Shown in pieces: positions 40,360-51,715 of a DNA stretch of 64,000 nucleotides. The stretch is from assembly GCA_030141605.1 (NCBI GenBank), contig JAQGDQ010000263.1, positions 206,511-270,510 of the forward strand, read 5' to 3'. The translations under genes were made by a program, and so were the position numbers. How positions within the stretch are numbered: the first letter of the stretch is position 1; each line of letters begins with the position of its first letter. The stretch comes from Tubiluchus corallicola. Its lineage: Eukaryota; Animalia; Priapulida. Under the pieces are notes generated by a model that saw only the letters and a program-made list of their open reading frames with translations, was not told where the DNA came from and made no database searches.

Positions 40360-41917
40360 TATTACAGATAACTACTGTGTAATAACATCTCGATTTTCAA
40401 AATTCCCGGTAGGTACTTCAGTTCTTTCCTGTTATCTGTCTTATCTGTCTCTGTTAATCTGTCTTTGAATTTGTTAGACAGTCACTGCCAATCAGTAAAA
40501 AAAACGTTCTAGAATCTAGCAGTGCGAATTTTGTGTAACTTCTAAAAACTGCTTATCCATGAGATGATGAGATAATGAAGTTTATGATTAATAGTAGTTA
40601 CCTACAGTTTAAACAAGCTTTCACAAGTCTAAATTATATAAATCACAGTCACATATACATATATATTATATATGTATATAAGTCTTAGTCTTAGTGTTTA
40701 TTAAATACGCGAACTTATAATTATTATATATGCAGATATATAAAAACAATCATACATGCAAGTCAGCACGTTCACACACCACAAGTACACGCGCATATGT
40801 AAAAGCGGGGTGCAGAGTTCAGAGGGGCGATGCACATTTAATGATATTGATATCATACAGTAGTCATATCAATGCTATATCTTGTCACGTGACGCGTATT
40901 AAACGTAGGCATGCCAAAATTCAAACACCAAAATGTTAATCAATACTGGATATCTTTTACATGTACAGTATCGTGTTAGACCGCCGCTGTATTGCAGTCT
41001 ATGTAGCTGAGTCAAATTATATTGAAGGTTGTAAGAAACTAATTAAAAAGTTGAATAAACACATTTAATTTTTTCCAATGTTAAAAATTCCAGATTAGGA
41101 AATTATAAACATGACACTAGTGGCACTTCTGTCTATAGTTTTAATTGTAACTCTTATTTACATGCCGAATATAGCAACTAAATTAGGCCAGGAAACCAAC
41201 AGACATTAAAGAAAGTGTAAATTGTTTTCGAATTATTTTCGTGGCCAGATGGCAGCACGGTGCAGCATTCTGTTGAGTGTGGAATTTTTAACAAATCCTT
41301 CTTCAGTATAACTTTGCAAAAAGCAATGATGAGTATTTATAGTTAATTGGTGTCGCCATCTAGTTATAAAATTAACATGAACTAGCAAAGGCCCCGGAAA
41401 AAATTTTGCGTACAAATACACGTATAATCAAAAATACGCAAACATCCTACCTAGTCCTCATTTATGACGCAAAACCTGTAGCAGCTTTTACTGAATTAAA
41501 GCTATAAGGTTATAGACAGAGTATAATGGATGACGTCACAACAATGGCTTTGCGTCAGCAGTTGTCTAAGCGAAAATTGCCGAAAATAGAATATGTAATT
41601 AACTCGTCAGTACTCCTCTTGGTGGACATGTCCTACAATATAGCCCACATCATCGTGTAGCCCTGTTCTTTCTCTTTCTAAAGAGCTATATATCTCCTTT
41701 CGAGAGTCCCACCAGGCGCCGCCAGAACGTTTTTTCCGCATGCTGTTTGACCAAAATTTGGAAAAAAAATCACTGATAATATTTGTTATTTTAGTGTTTC
41801 ATGGGAGTAGTAAAGTTATAATTGCTGTGGAATGTACAAAAGTTAAATAACTGTTATATGAAAATATAATAGAAAATAACCAAATTTAATATTAATTATA
41901 TTTTGTTTTTAATAAAG

Positions 41918-42141
41918 CTGGTGAGCATTTTTGGATTGGTTTAACCGACATACACGAGGAGGGTGACTGGAGGTGGTTTGCAACAGGTGGACCTGCTCTT
42001 TTTACTTCTTGGGATGTAGCAGATGGCCAACCAGATAATTACGGCGATGGCGAAAGCTGCGCCATCCTGCGGGCAAATGGGAACACGTGGAATGACTTCT
42101 CGTTTTATACAGCAAAATTTCCGTATATTTGTGAATCCTAG
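41918..42141 (+). CDS. C-type lectin domain, C-terminal exon (orphan, possibly a pseudo-exon)
   Basis: ttttgtttttaataaag|GEHFWIGLTDIHEEGDWRWFATGGPALFTSWDVADGQPDNYGDGESCAILRANGNTWNDFSFYTAKFPYICES*; WIGL, QPD, WND and YICE motifs. Not in the ORF track. Confidence 0.85.
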
Positions 42142-42439
42142 GCGACAAGCTAGATTATTTATCACGGAAATCCGGATTTTTGTCTTTTTTTAACTCGTTC
42201 ACTACCGTTCTTGAAAAAGTAAAAAAAAATGGAATCTATATAAGATGCAAATTTTAAACATGTTTGTATACTGTTGTTACTGATTATTAATAAACGAAAG
42301 TTAGTGTGAGTTATAATGGTTTTTGAGGACAATTTATACGCATTAGTACATGTTCCTATGTAGCAAGTTTGCAACTCTTGTACGTCACGAGCATCTGCTT
42401 ATACACGATTACGGCGTTGAAGATACCGGTTATTAAAGT

Positions 42440-42540
42440 CATGTTGATGACACCGGTTCTCGTCTGATCACCGAAGTTAAGCAACGTCGAGGCGGGTTAG
42501 TACTTGGATGGGTGACCGACTAGAAATACCAGGAGCAAGC
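42440..42540 (+). pseudogene. Degenerate 5S rRNA copy (pseudogene or SINE3 head)
   Basis: acaccggttctcgtctgatcaccgaagttaagcaacgtcgaggcgggttagtacttggatgggtgaccgactagaaatacc matches the invertebrate 5S internal region; both ends diverged. Confidence 0.8.
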
Positions 42541-44848
42541 AAGCAAGTAGTTAAATAGTATTAACTTCGTTACATTGTAATGTTCATATTTATTGCAACA
42601 TTTTCAAAATAAACTGAATTTGAAACAATTTTTGCACATTGCGGTCACCATTGTTCTGCATTTTTTTGCACATTGCAGTTACCATTGTTTTGCATCTGTC
42701 TAGCGTTCGCTCCCACTAAGAGAGAACATATATCAGTTGTAAAACTGTCTGTTTCAAACCTTGTCGTATGTTACATCTTCAATAAATCATGTTCAAACCA
42801 AACCAAATGTACTTTCAATACCGGAAAATGCAGTTTCGTTTTCTTTATTGTTATATTAGCTACATTATACTGTAGTTAAAATGCAGCAAAGAATAACTTT
42901 TAACGATATAGACTCGATACTTGAAAATACACATAGAAACGCCTCAAACAAACAAATAATCTTGTGTTAGGGTTTATTTAAATAATGCCATCATAACATA
43001 TTGCACATCTAAAATTCACAGCACAAGAAACAAATTCACTGTGTTCACTAGCTAGTAAACAAGCCTACGTTTCAAATATGAGGCAAAATAAAAGCATTCA
43101 ATGAGCTCTGTTTACACATTGCACAATAGTAAGAACATATATGAGCATAAAAATGCACCTTAAAATGAAAACAAAAGACCCTGTGATTCGGAGAAACAAG
43201 TAACTGTTATCATTTCACCCATGCTCCTCACAAGTTTGTTAAATATAATTTAATCAAATAAATTATAATAAATACCTGTAAATAAGTAGATTTATTATTA
43301 ATCATATAATCTTTTTAAGTTTTATTAATGGTGCATCCATTTTGTGACAGCAATAAGTTTTTGTTCTGCACATCAAGGAGAAACCAAGTGCACTACGAGC
43401 AAGAAAAGTGATTTTTCTAAAAGTTTAAAAAGTGCTTCGAAAAGCAACCATTATTGTTCACAGGCTGTCACAATCTTCACAATGCAAAATTCTAAATGTA
43501 ATTACAAAGTGAAATCTCTTGGGTATCTATATAGATCTATGTATGTATGTATATAGACATACATGTATGCATATCTAAATAAATATATACGTATGTATTA
43601 TGTAACACGTCGTTACATAGGACATGTATGTAACAACTTAATTCTGTTTCATTGTGTTCTTCTTACACCTTGCCAATGCTAATTTACTAAATAAACAAAC
43701 CTTTCGTGGAGCAATCGGTTTTTTTATGCCAAGTCTAGTTAATGACTGAACCAAAATTGTACTAAAACTTACAATTTACAATACAGTTCACAAAACATTT
43801 CAAAAGTTTTCTCTACGTTTGCCATATAGTGAGCTAAACTCTGTCACATTACATACGGAGGTTTTAATTCTGAGATACGTGTCGTGTAAATATGGCAACG
43901 GGCTTCTGGTAAAAAACACATTACGATTAATTGCTAATTAATATGAAACCAACAAATTTGCACTGCTAGATGCAAATATCATCTGGCAATTGCCAAAAGT
44001 CTGTGTAAATCTCCGAAGTAATGTAAACAACTACAACCCATCACAGTAATGCAAAGAAAAAATACTCAAATATGAAGACATTCAATGCTTTAATGACTAA
44101 ATCACGTGTAAGTAGCGATGTGTAAAATAATAAGGAATGCACGTAATGTGGTAAATAAAGTAACAAAAACCAACAATAACAGATGCTAAAAGCAGTGGTT
44201 TTCTTCAATAGCATGAACATCTACGACATAAGCAATAACAATGAATAATCTTTCACGTGTATCAATAACAACAATTTCATAGTATCATAAACTAGTACTA
44301 TCATAGCTAAAAGCCAAGAAAAAAATCAGGTCTATAAATAACCTAGCTATCTAATCTCTTAAATATTATTATACTATTGTAAACAACCTATGTCACAATA
44401 AATATACAACCAATTTTTTATATGTTTTGTGTAAAACAAAAAGTTGTCATAGTCATAAACAACAAATGACGTATATATATATAATTTCAGAAATTTCAGC
44501 AAAAATGAATCTGATTATTTATAGAGTTTCAGTACTGCAAGTTTATAAATAGCTTAAGTAAATGTAAACTGACTCTTCAGCTTGAGTGATGCTACACAAA
44601 CAAATAAACAAATTCAAGAAAGGCAGAACTAAATAACTTCAATAGCAAAATACAAGATAATGATGATCCGCAAGATAACACAAGTATATAATAAATAGTA
44701 TAATTCGTAACGCTAAAATAAACACTTTCAAAATTAACATGTTTAGACGAAAGCTTAAAAGACCCTGTCACAAAGTTTTAATGAAACCCTGTTGTTCAAT
44801 TGTAACTCAATCAAGCAAAGAAAGGAGAAACCACAAAGCCAAGCATCA

Positions 44849-45048
44849 AAACTTCAGTTTATAAGATACTCAGAAACTTCAGTTTATAAGATAATCAGAA
44901 ACTTCAGTTTGTAAGATACTCAGAAACTTCAGTTTATAAGATACTCAGAAACTTCAGTTTATAAGATACTCAGAAACTTCAGTTTATAAGATACTCAGAA
45001 ACTTCAGTTTGTAAGATACTCAGAAACTTCAGTTTATAAGATACTCAG
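44849..45048. repeat. 25-bp minisatellite, 8 copies (probable VPS13 3'UTR)
   Basis: Unit aaacttcagtttataagatactcag. Confidence 0.93.
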
Positions 45049-45430
45049 TAGCTGCACAGAAATTACTGTGTAGAACTTCGATCAATGGCCGGTTTCGTGC
45101 AGCATGCATAAATCCCTTGGAAAAATTAGGGACTAGGGCAACAGACAAAATGGTAATAATAAAATAATAATAATAATAATAATAATCTATTAGAATATAT
45201 TATATATGTATATTCTCTGACGTGATAATCAAATATACACTTAAATGTTTTGTCATTTTGATAAACATGAACAGCATAAATATAATGCAATTGATCCCCT
45301 TCACAGGAAGTAATTACAAAATAAAATTCACTTTCTCTCGTCAAGCATTCTAATCAACATTTGCATCTTCTTCAAAAGCCAAATCTCTGCTTCGCTTCAA
45401 TAATTACTATTAATTAATTAATTACTGTGA

Positions 45431-45565
45431 TTACATCCACACTTTTTTGTTATTCCTGTACTGACTGAGGGCAGCTTGGAGTTTACCTTCTAACCAGACC
45501 AGAACTTGACTCTCAGAACTCACGATGAACTGATCTTCCCCTGTAAATGGGTTGCGACTGTTGTC
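45431..45565 (-). CDS. VPS13: VPS13-family terminal coding exon
   Basis: ttttttcttattag|DNSRNPFTGEDQFIVSSESQVLVWLEGKLQAALSQYRNNKKVWM*; 135 nt, phase 0, followed by AT-rich 3'UTR-like sequence. Confidence 0.75.
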   Translation of the reverse strand, partial: DNSRNPFTGEDQFIVSSESQVLVWLEGKLQAALSQYRNNKKVWM

Positions 45566-45916
45566 CTAATAAGAAAAAAATTAACTTACATAAGGTACAA
45601 AGAATATGAAAGTCAGAAACGAAAGCAACAATAACAATGAAGAAAATAGTTGAGATGTCAAAAATGACGACGACGACGACAACAATGGAGGTGATGATAA
45701 TGATGATGATGATCATGATCATAATGATGATGATGATGGTTGGAGGAGGAAGACAATGATGATGATGGTGATGATGGTAAAGATTATTATGAAAATGATA
45801 CAGATGATAATGACGTAGGATGCTGATGTTGATGGTGATGATGATGATGGTGATGATGATGATGATGATTGGAGGAGGAAGACAATGGTGATGATGGTAA
45901 AGATTATTATGAAAAT

Positions 45917-47988
45917 ATATATATATTGGTAGGCCGTCGTCAAACGACGGATCCGGCCCCACAGACAGACACAAAATACAGAGAGATATTACAGTAGGAA
46001 ATAAAATAAGTGAGTCATGAAAGTCCGTCGAGTCACTGCACATTATTCTTACGCCGACGCCTCTTTTCTTTGAGATCTTCTATTCGTAGATGCTCAAAGT
46101 TGATCACTGCTCTCTTGCAGAGCGCTCTCCACTGAGTTCTGTCACTCGCCAGGGTCTCGAAGTTTTCTGGTTGGATGTTGCATTGATTCAGGGTATCCTT
46201 CAGCTGGTCTTTGTAACGCTTAAAGGGCCTACCGACCCTCCTTGCCCCTACTGCCAACTCACCAAACAGGAGAGTCCGAGGAATACGGTCCTCACCCATC
46301 CGGGACACATGACCAGACCAGCGGAGCCGTGCCGCACATATGTGGGATTCAATGCCCCAGGCATTACAGCGACCCAAGACTTCAGTGTTAGGCACTCTGT
46401 CCTGCCAGCGAATGCCAGCTATCCGACGTAAACAGCGCATATGGAAACTGTCAAGCTTCTTGACCTGTTTGCGGTACAGTGTCCAGGTTTCGCAGTTGTA
46501 AAGTAGCACCGGTAGAATGGCTGCCTTGTAAACTGCCATCTTCGTTGCTAGGCGGACATCCCGGGTATTCCACAGTCTTCCTGACAGGCCCCCGAAGGTT
46601 GCTGCAGCCTTGCCAATTCTGGTGGTTATATCACAATCACTAGAGCAATCATTTGTCACTGTGCCTCCCAGGTAACTGAACCGATCCACGACCTTTAGAG
46701 TTTCATCTCCGATCGTTATAGCAGGTGCTGTAGGAGTTGTACCAGGTCTAGGCTGCACTAAAACTTCTGTCTTCTTCACAGACACAGTCAGACCGAAACG
46801 GGTGGCTGATAAAGCGAAGTTGTCCATCAAAAATTGTGCATCCTCCATGGAATGACTGGCAAGTGCACAGTCATCAGCATACAGCAGTTCTCTTATCAAG
46901 GTGTAACACACCATCGTTCGCGCCTTGAAGCGGCGCAGGTTGAATACGCCGCCATCGTAACGAAACCTGACCTCGACACCCCGATAGCACTCTTTGTAGG
47001 CATCGCGTATTACTGCAGCAATGACTATTCCAAAAAGCAGTGGGGCTAGTACACATCCCTGCTTAACACCGTTGTTGACTGCAAACGGAGAGGATTCCTG
47101 GTGCCCATCCACAATACGAGCCTGCATGCCATCGTGAAAAGAGCGTATTATGTTGACAATTTTTGAGGGACATCCTGTCCGACACAGAAGTCTCCAAAGT
47201 CCCTCCCTGCTGACTGAATCAAACGCTTTTGTTAAATCCACGAATATCAAGTAGAGGTCCCGATGTTGCTCCCTACACTTTTCTTGCAACTGCCGCACAG
47301 CGAAGATCATGTCAACAGTACCACGGTTTGCCCTGTATCCACACTGGCTTTCTGGGTGGAATTGCTCAGCGAGAGAACTAATGCGCCGTATAATTACTTG
47401 AGCCAGAAACTTTCCAGCAATACTCAACAGCGATATTCCCCTGTGGTTGTTGCAATCTGCGCGATCGCCTTTCCGCTTGTATAGATGGATGATCGTAGCA
47501 TCTTTGAAGTCCTGCGGCACAGTCTCAGCCTCCCAAATGGTATTGAAAAGCTTGAAAAGCCTTTCGACAAGAAGCGGACCACCATACTTGAAGATTTCAG
47601 GGCTAATGCCATCTGCACCAGGGGCTTTTCCACATTTCATAGCCTTGATCGCAGCTTTCACCTCTTCCAACTGAATCGGCACAGCCAGTTCCTCCATTGT
47701 TGGTTGTTGCGGCACGTTAATGATGACATCATCGTCGATGATAGAAGGATGTTTCCAAATCTGCTCGAAATGTTCAGCCCATCTCTGGACAATAGCAGTT
47801 GGTTCCGTGAAAAGCGTGTTACCATCTGTTGACAAAACAGCCATGGATCCATTGAAACTAGGACCATGTGCAGTCTTCAGCTCTTGATAGAAGGCACGAG
47901 TATCATGCCGGTCGGCAGCATCCTGAAGTCTTATGGCTCGATCGACCCACCAAGCATCTTTCATTTTTCTAATCCTCGCCTGTGCAAC
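45917..47988 (-). mobile_element. 5'-truncated RTE-clade (BovB-like) non-LTR retrotransposon in the last VPS13 intron
   Basis: 8-bp target-site duplication atgaaaat at 45909-45916 and 47989-47996, interrupting a host GAT-rich repeat unit. 3' hairpin ccgtcgt-caa-acgacgg (45934-45950) plus (AT)n tail. More GC-rich than its flanks. Confidence 0.93.
46033..47964 (-). CDS. Reverse transcriptase ORF of the RTE element (endonuclease absent)
   Basis: 643 aa without interruption; motifs KAPGADG, RGISLL, FVDLTKAFDSV, GVKQGCVLAP, LYADD, YLG, RLRWSGHV, GRP.KR. Confidence 0.95.
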   Translation of the reverse strand: MKDAWWVDRAIRLQDAADRHDTRAFYQELKTAHGPSFNGSMAVLSTDGNTLFTEPTAIVQRWAEHFEQIWKHPSIIDDDVIINVPQQPTMEELAVPIQLEEVKAAIKAMKCGKAPGADGISPEIFKYGGPLLVERLFKLFNTIWEAETVPQDFKDATIIHLYKRKGDRADCNNHRGISLLSIAGKFLAQVIIRRISSLAEQFHPESQCGYRANRGTVDMIFAVRQLQEKCREQHRDLYLIFVDLTKAFDSVSREGLWRLLCRTGCPSKIVNIIRSFHDGMQARIVDGHQESSPFAVNNGVKQGCVLAPLLFGIVIAAVIRDAYKECYRGVEVRFRYDGGVFNLRRFKARTMVCYTLIRELLYADDCALASHSMEDAQFLMDNFALSATRFGLTVSVKKTEVLVQPRPGTTPTAPAITIGDETLKVVDRFSYLGGTVTNDCSSDCDITTRIGKAAATFGGLSGRLWNTRDVRLATKMAVYKAAILPVLLYNCETWTLYRKQVKKLDSFHMRCLRRIAGIRWQDRVPNTEVLGRCNAWGIESHICAARLRWSGHVSRMGEDRIPRTLLFGELAVGARRVGRPFKRYKDQLKDTLNQCNIQPENFETLASDRTQWRALCKRAVINFEHLRIEDLKEKRRRRKNNVQ

Positions 47989-48295
47989 ATGAAAATGATA
48001 CAGATGATAATGACGTAGGATGCTGATGATGATGGTGATGATGATCGTGGTGGTGATGATGATGATGGTGATGATGATGATGATGATGATTGGAGGAGGA
48101 AGACAATGGTGATGATGGTAAAGATTATTATGAAAATGATACAGATGATAATGACGTAGGATGACGATGGTGATGATTATGATGATGATTGGAGGAGGAT
48201 GACAAGGATGATGATGATGATGGTGATGATGAGGATGATGATGATGAAACTGACAAGCTAAATTGAATATTCAAATAGCAAAGCACTAAATTTAC

Positions 48296-48422
48296 CTGTT
48301 TGACCTTGAAAATGAGTTTATCTTTCACAATTCCTGAAATGCTGATAATATCATCTAGTTCCACACACCAGTCTATGTCCCATGAACCCCAAAATCTGCA
48401 CTTCTCCAATAAAAATACGTGT
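48296..48422 (-). CDS. VPS13: VPS13-family penultimate coding exon
   Basis: gtttttag|HVFLLEKCRFWGSWDIDWCVELDDIISISGIVKDKLIFKVKQ|gtaaat; ends in phase 0. Confidence 0.88.
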
Positions 48423-48590
48423 CTAAAAACAAAGATATTATCTAACATACATACAGTGTGTGGATTTGTGAAAAAAATTTCTCTTACGAAACATTCATTG
48501 GTCACGGGTCACTTAAGGTAAAGGGACACAACGTGACGAAATGGTTAGCAGAAAAATAGCAAGCAACAAAAAACATCTAGAATTATTTAA

Positions 48591-49120
48591 AGCAAGACCG
48601 GACGATTGTTTAGACTCAACCTCATTTTAATTTACTGTCCAAAATATACATTTTCTTGCCTATAAAAGTTAACAATTGTTCCTTATATTTGAATAATTAG
48701 CTTAGAAAGTTAATTAACTGCAACCGAATACAGCTATTGCTTACATCAGAAACGAACCACAGTTTGTACAATGGCAGGCATCTTCCCTTGCACTTGAGTA
48801 AGCGTTATAGTTCTGTTTAAACACATGATGTTACGAAAAATGGGCTCTACATCATATGACGTCAGAAACTAACACTGCGATTCATGATCATGGTTATCAC
48901 GGTACCGCTTTGTATTGTCGGGTACGTGACAAAAAGGCGCCGTTGCCAATCTTAGTAGATTCACTGAGCCGCGCATAGCTTTGAATGTTTAACGAAATTG
49001 AGTATCCGAGGTAATTACTATTTAATCTAAGCTTTGATTTAAAAAAAGCTTTTGTAGTTGTCAATATTTTAGAGCATTCTTTATTCTGAACTAATGTTTA
49101 CACAATCATCCGGTTTTCCT
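48591..49120 (+). mobile_element. Kolobok-like MITE, family 1 copy D (VPS13 intron)
   Basis: TTAA on both sides; same internal sequence as the other copies. Confidence 0.85.
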
Positions 49121-49355
49121 TTAACAATTGCAAGTTACTATGAAGTAGAAGCTAAAGAAGATTATTATTAGACACTCTGAGTTCCACGCAGGAGTGGCTC
49201 TGGGAAAACAACAGAAGATGTAAGGAGACAAAAGAAAAAGTACAAGGAGATGATTATAATAAGAGATAGTGTTTTTATATTTTTCCAATCAATTTATTAT
49301 ATTCAATATATTCTCCTACTATGATACTATTTTATCTCAGATGAAACAATTGTAC

Positions 49356-49504
49356 CTGTTCGTGATGAGCACTACGTCAGGTCGCTCCTGCCGACTGAGA
49401 GGAATGTGCGCAAAATAGATGTCCACGTCGGCATACTGACCTTTGTCCAGTTCTAGAAGTATGCGCTGACCTACAGCCTGATATGGAGAATACGGCCTCA
49501 GACC
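49356..49504 (-). CDS. VPS13: VPS13-family exon (PH-like C-terminus)
   Basis: ttctag|GLRPYSPYQAVGQRILLELDKGQYADVDIYFAHIPLSRQERPDVVLITNR|gtacaa; phase 0 to 2. Confidence 0.92.
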
Positions 49505-50462
49505 CTAGAAAATACAAGAAATAAAACATCGCTACAAGTACGAAGAACTAAAAATAGGAATTTACAAAAATCTATCTATAGATTACGATCAACGTTTTCA
49601 CTTTTCTTAGTCACATGTATTCAGAAGATGACTAACCCTACTTAAAAGTGCCAGTTTGTGAAAGAGTTTGTTAAAAGATTTCGGTTGTTGTTTGCATTTT
49701 CTGTGTATGAGTTCGCCTCATTATAACCAATAAAGATAATATACATAATGACTACTGCTGGTTGTGTCTTCACTGGTGAAACGGTTACAAGATAACTGTC
49801 AAGTAGTCTTTTAAGTGCACGAAGACCGATGAAAAGTACCAGCATAACAAACTCTGTGCAAGCTATGATTCTCATCTGACTAATGCAGGGATCAAAATGA
49901 CAAATCGCAAAAAACTCTGAAACAGGCCGGGGGTTTGGCCCCTTGGAGCCAGCAACAAATTGCAATTTTGTGACCATACAGAGCCTCTAAGTGGACTTAA
50001 AATATCAATTACCTTGTTTCATGCATAATTTAAAATACCCAACTATCAAGGATACGTGATACATAATTGTCTCAAAAACGGCTAAGTACTGGCTGCTCCT
50101 ATGCAAAAGTATATAAAAACTGTCTGCAATTGACTCAAATAACTCCACACAATTGATTCTATATTTTCATACATAGAGATATACACATGGTTACACTGAT
50201 GTACGTGATGTAAACAAAGTGACGGCCTGCCAACTAGCTGTCAGCTTGTGAAATAATGTACTGGGTCCGTAAAAATTTCTCAACAAATTTACGCAATTTA
50301 CAAAAATGGCACTACTGGTCTTCCAAAAACTCGGAAATCTGCGTATCCGCGGAAAATTCTCATCCCTGCTAATGTGATTCAGTAAAAACTGAAAACCAAC
50401 AACAAATGTGCAGCATAAAAATTATGCATTCTGCAAAAAAATTTTGTGCTGATTCTACTCAC

Positions 50463-50529
50463 AACATTTCTATTCATAAATCTTGGAACTCTCACTCTGT
50501 ATTGAACTTCCTCGCCCACTTCAGCTGCT
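50463..50529 (-). CDS. VPS13: VPS13-family exon
   Basis: gttttcag|AAEVGEEVQYRVRVPRFMNRNV|gtgagt; 67 nt; restores phase between its neighbours; 'R.R.PR' motif. Confidence 0.88.
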
Positions 50530-50758
50530 CTGAAAACATGAAACAAAAAATCAGCAACTGTTCGTTTTCTACAGAGATAACGTCTTACAACTAGCAAATA
50601 TAGCATCAGAGAATTCCGAGCAGTATGACATTCATTTGAAAAAATTAACGATTTGGAATTTTCTCTCTTTCAATTTCATTTTAACTGATATTCTGCATTG
50701 ATCAGTCACAAAAACATGATAAAATTCAAGCTGAAAAGATACAGTGGCGAATAGTTAC

Positions 50759-50882
50759 CGCTTTACTCCGTCAAACGCCATAGATACTATGTCAAGCACA
50801 CCACCTGCTGGCTTTGTAATCAGTCCCATAATGCCCTTCCCAACACCTTTAAAGAACCCTTCAATTCCACCATCTTGGATTC
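50759..50882 (-). CDS. VPS13: VPS13-family exon
   Basis: GIQDGGIEGFFKGVGKGIMGLITKPAGGVLDIVSMAFDGVKR; hallmark 'GFFKGVGKG..G...KP.GG'; phase 1 to 2. Confidence 0.95.
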
Positions 50883-51535
50883 CTTTAAAAAATAATTAAA
50901 CTTGTACAGTTAATGGTGCTCAAAAGTCATTAGTATAGCCGTGTTTACTGGTTGTTGAATTAACTGCCATGCTTAGCTATAGACTTCTTTACATCAGGAT
51001 TCTGCTTGTCCAAGGTCTACAATAGATGTAATGGATTCTTGATGAAGATGATGTGTATAATTTTGTAGCGAAAATTGTAACAAAAAGCATTACGTTAATA
51101 GCATTATTAACCCAACGTGTTTTTATCATTTCATAACAATTTTGACCTGTATTTGACATAAGATCAAAATGCAATTTTTAATTTAATCAAGATTGACCTT
51201 ATTTTGTTGCCCACTAATTAAACTACATGTATATTCTTTTCTCTGGATTATACAGAAAATTACTAATGTTTCCTAAATTAAACTGATAGCATTAATGCCC
51301 ACCAGTGTCTAAAAAATCATTTTATCTATATTCGGTAAAGGATAGCAGACTAGATGACTTTATAGTCTTTTCGCTATCCTTTCTCTAGTTCTAGATCTAT
51401 CTATACATTGTAACCATTCTTCAAAACTTATTAGAGATTCTTTTATTAATCATGTTTTATTGTAGCATTATAAAGAGATAAATAAATTGAAATTGAATTG
51501 AAAAACAACAAACGGTAAATATTCAAACACTTCAC

Positions 51536-51665
51536 CTTGAATTGGTTTCACCACAACTCCAGACAGACCCAGAGCGACGCCCATGACGAAACCTTTTCCG
51601 GCAATTAAAACACTCTCCGGGATACTGCTTGCTGCGCTAAGCTGCTGAAGACGAATTCGTCTTTT
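51536..51665 (-). CDS. VPS13: VPS13-family exon (ATG2_C-like glycine-rich region)
   Basis: ttccag|KRRIRLQQLSAASSIPESVLIAGKGFVMGVALGLSGVVVKPIQ|gtgaag; phase 0 to 1. Confidence 0.93.
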
Positions 51666-51715
51666 CTGGAAACAAATTCAGTCTTGGAATTTATAGCAGC
51701 CATGAAATGTAAATA

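Noticed and set aside
31787-42141. Fucosyltransferase plus lectin as a dedicated glycan writer/reader module
   Set aside because: They are 9 kb apart with another gene between them, the lectin is a fragment, and both families are large in invertebrates, so proximity is weak evidence.
42440-42540. Functional 5S rRNA gene
   Set aside because: The ends are diverged, the terminal helix cannot form, and there is no oligo-T terminator or tandem array.
45485-45540. Separate VPS13 exon starting at the ttacag acceptor at 45541
   Set aside because: Out of phase with the upstream exon; the acceptor before 45565 gives an open terminal exon.
46090-47867. Antisense and alternative-frame ORFs within the RT
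   Set aside because: Shadow ORFs of a GC-richer coding sequence.
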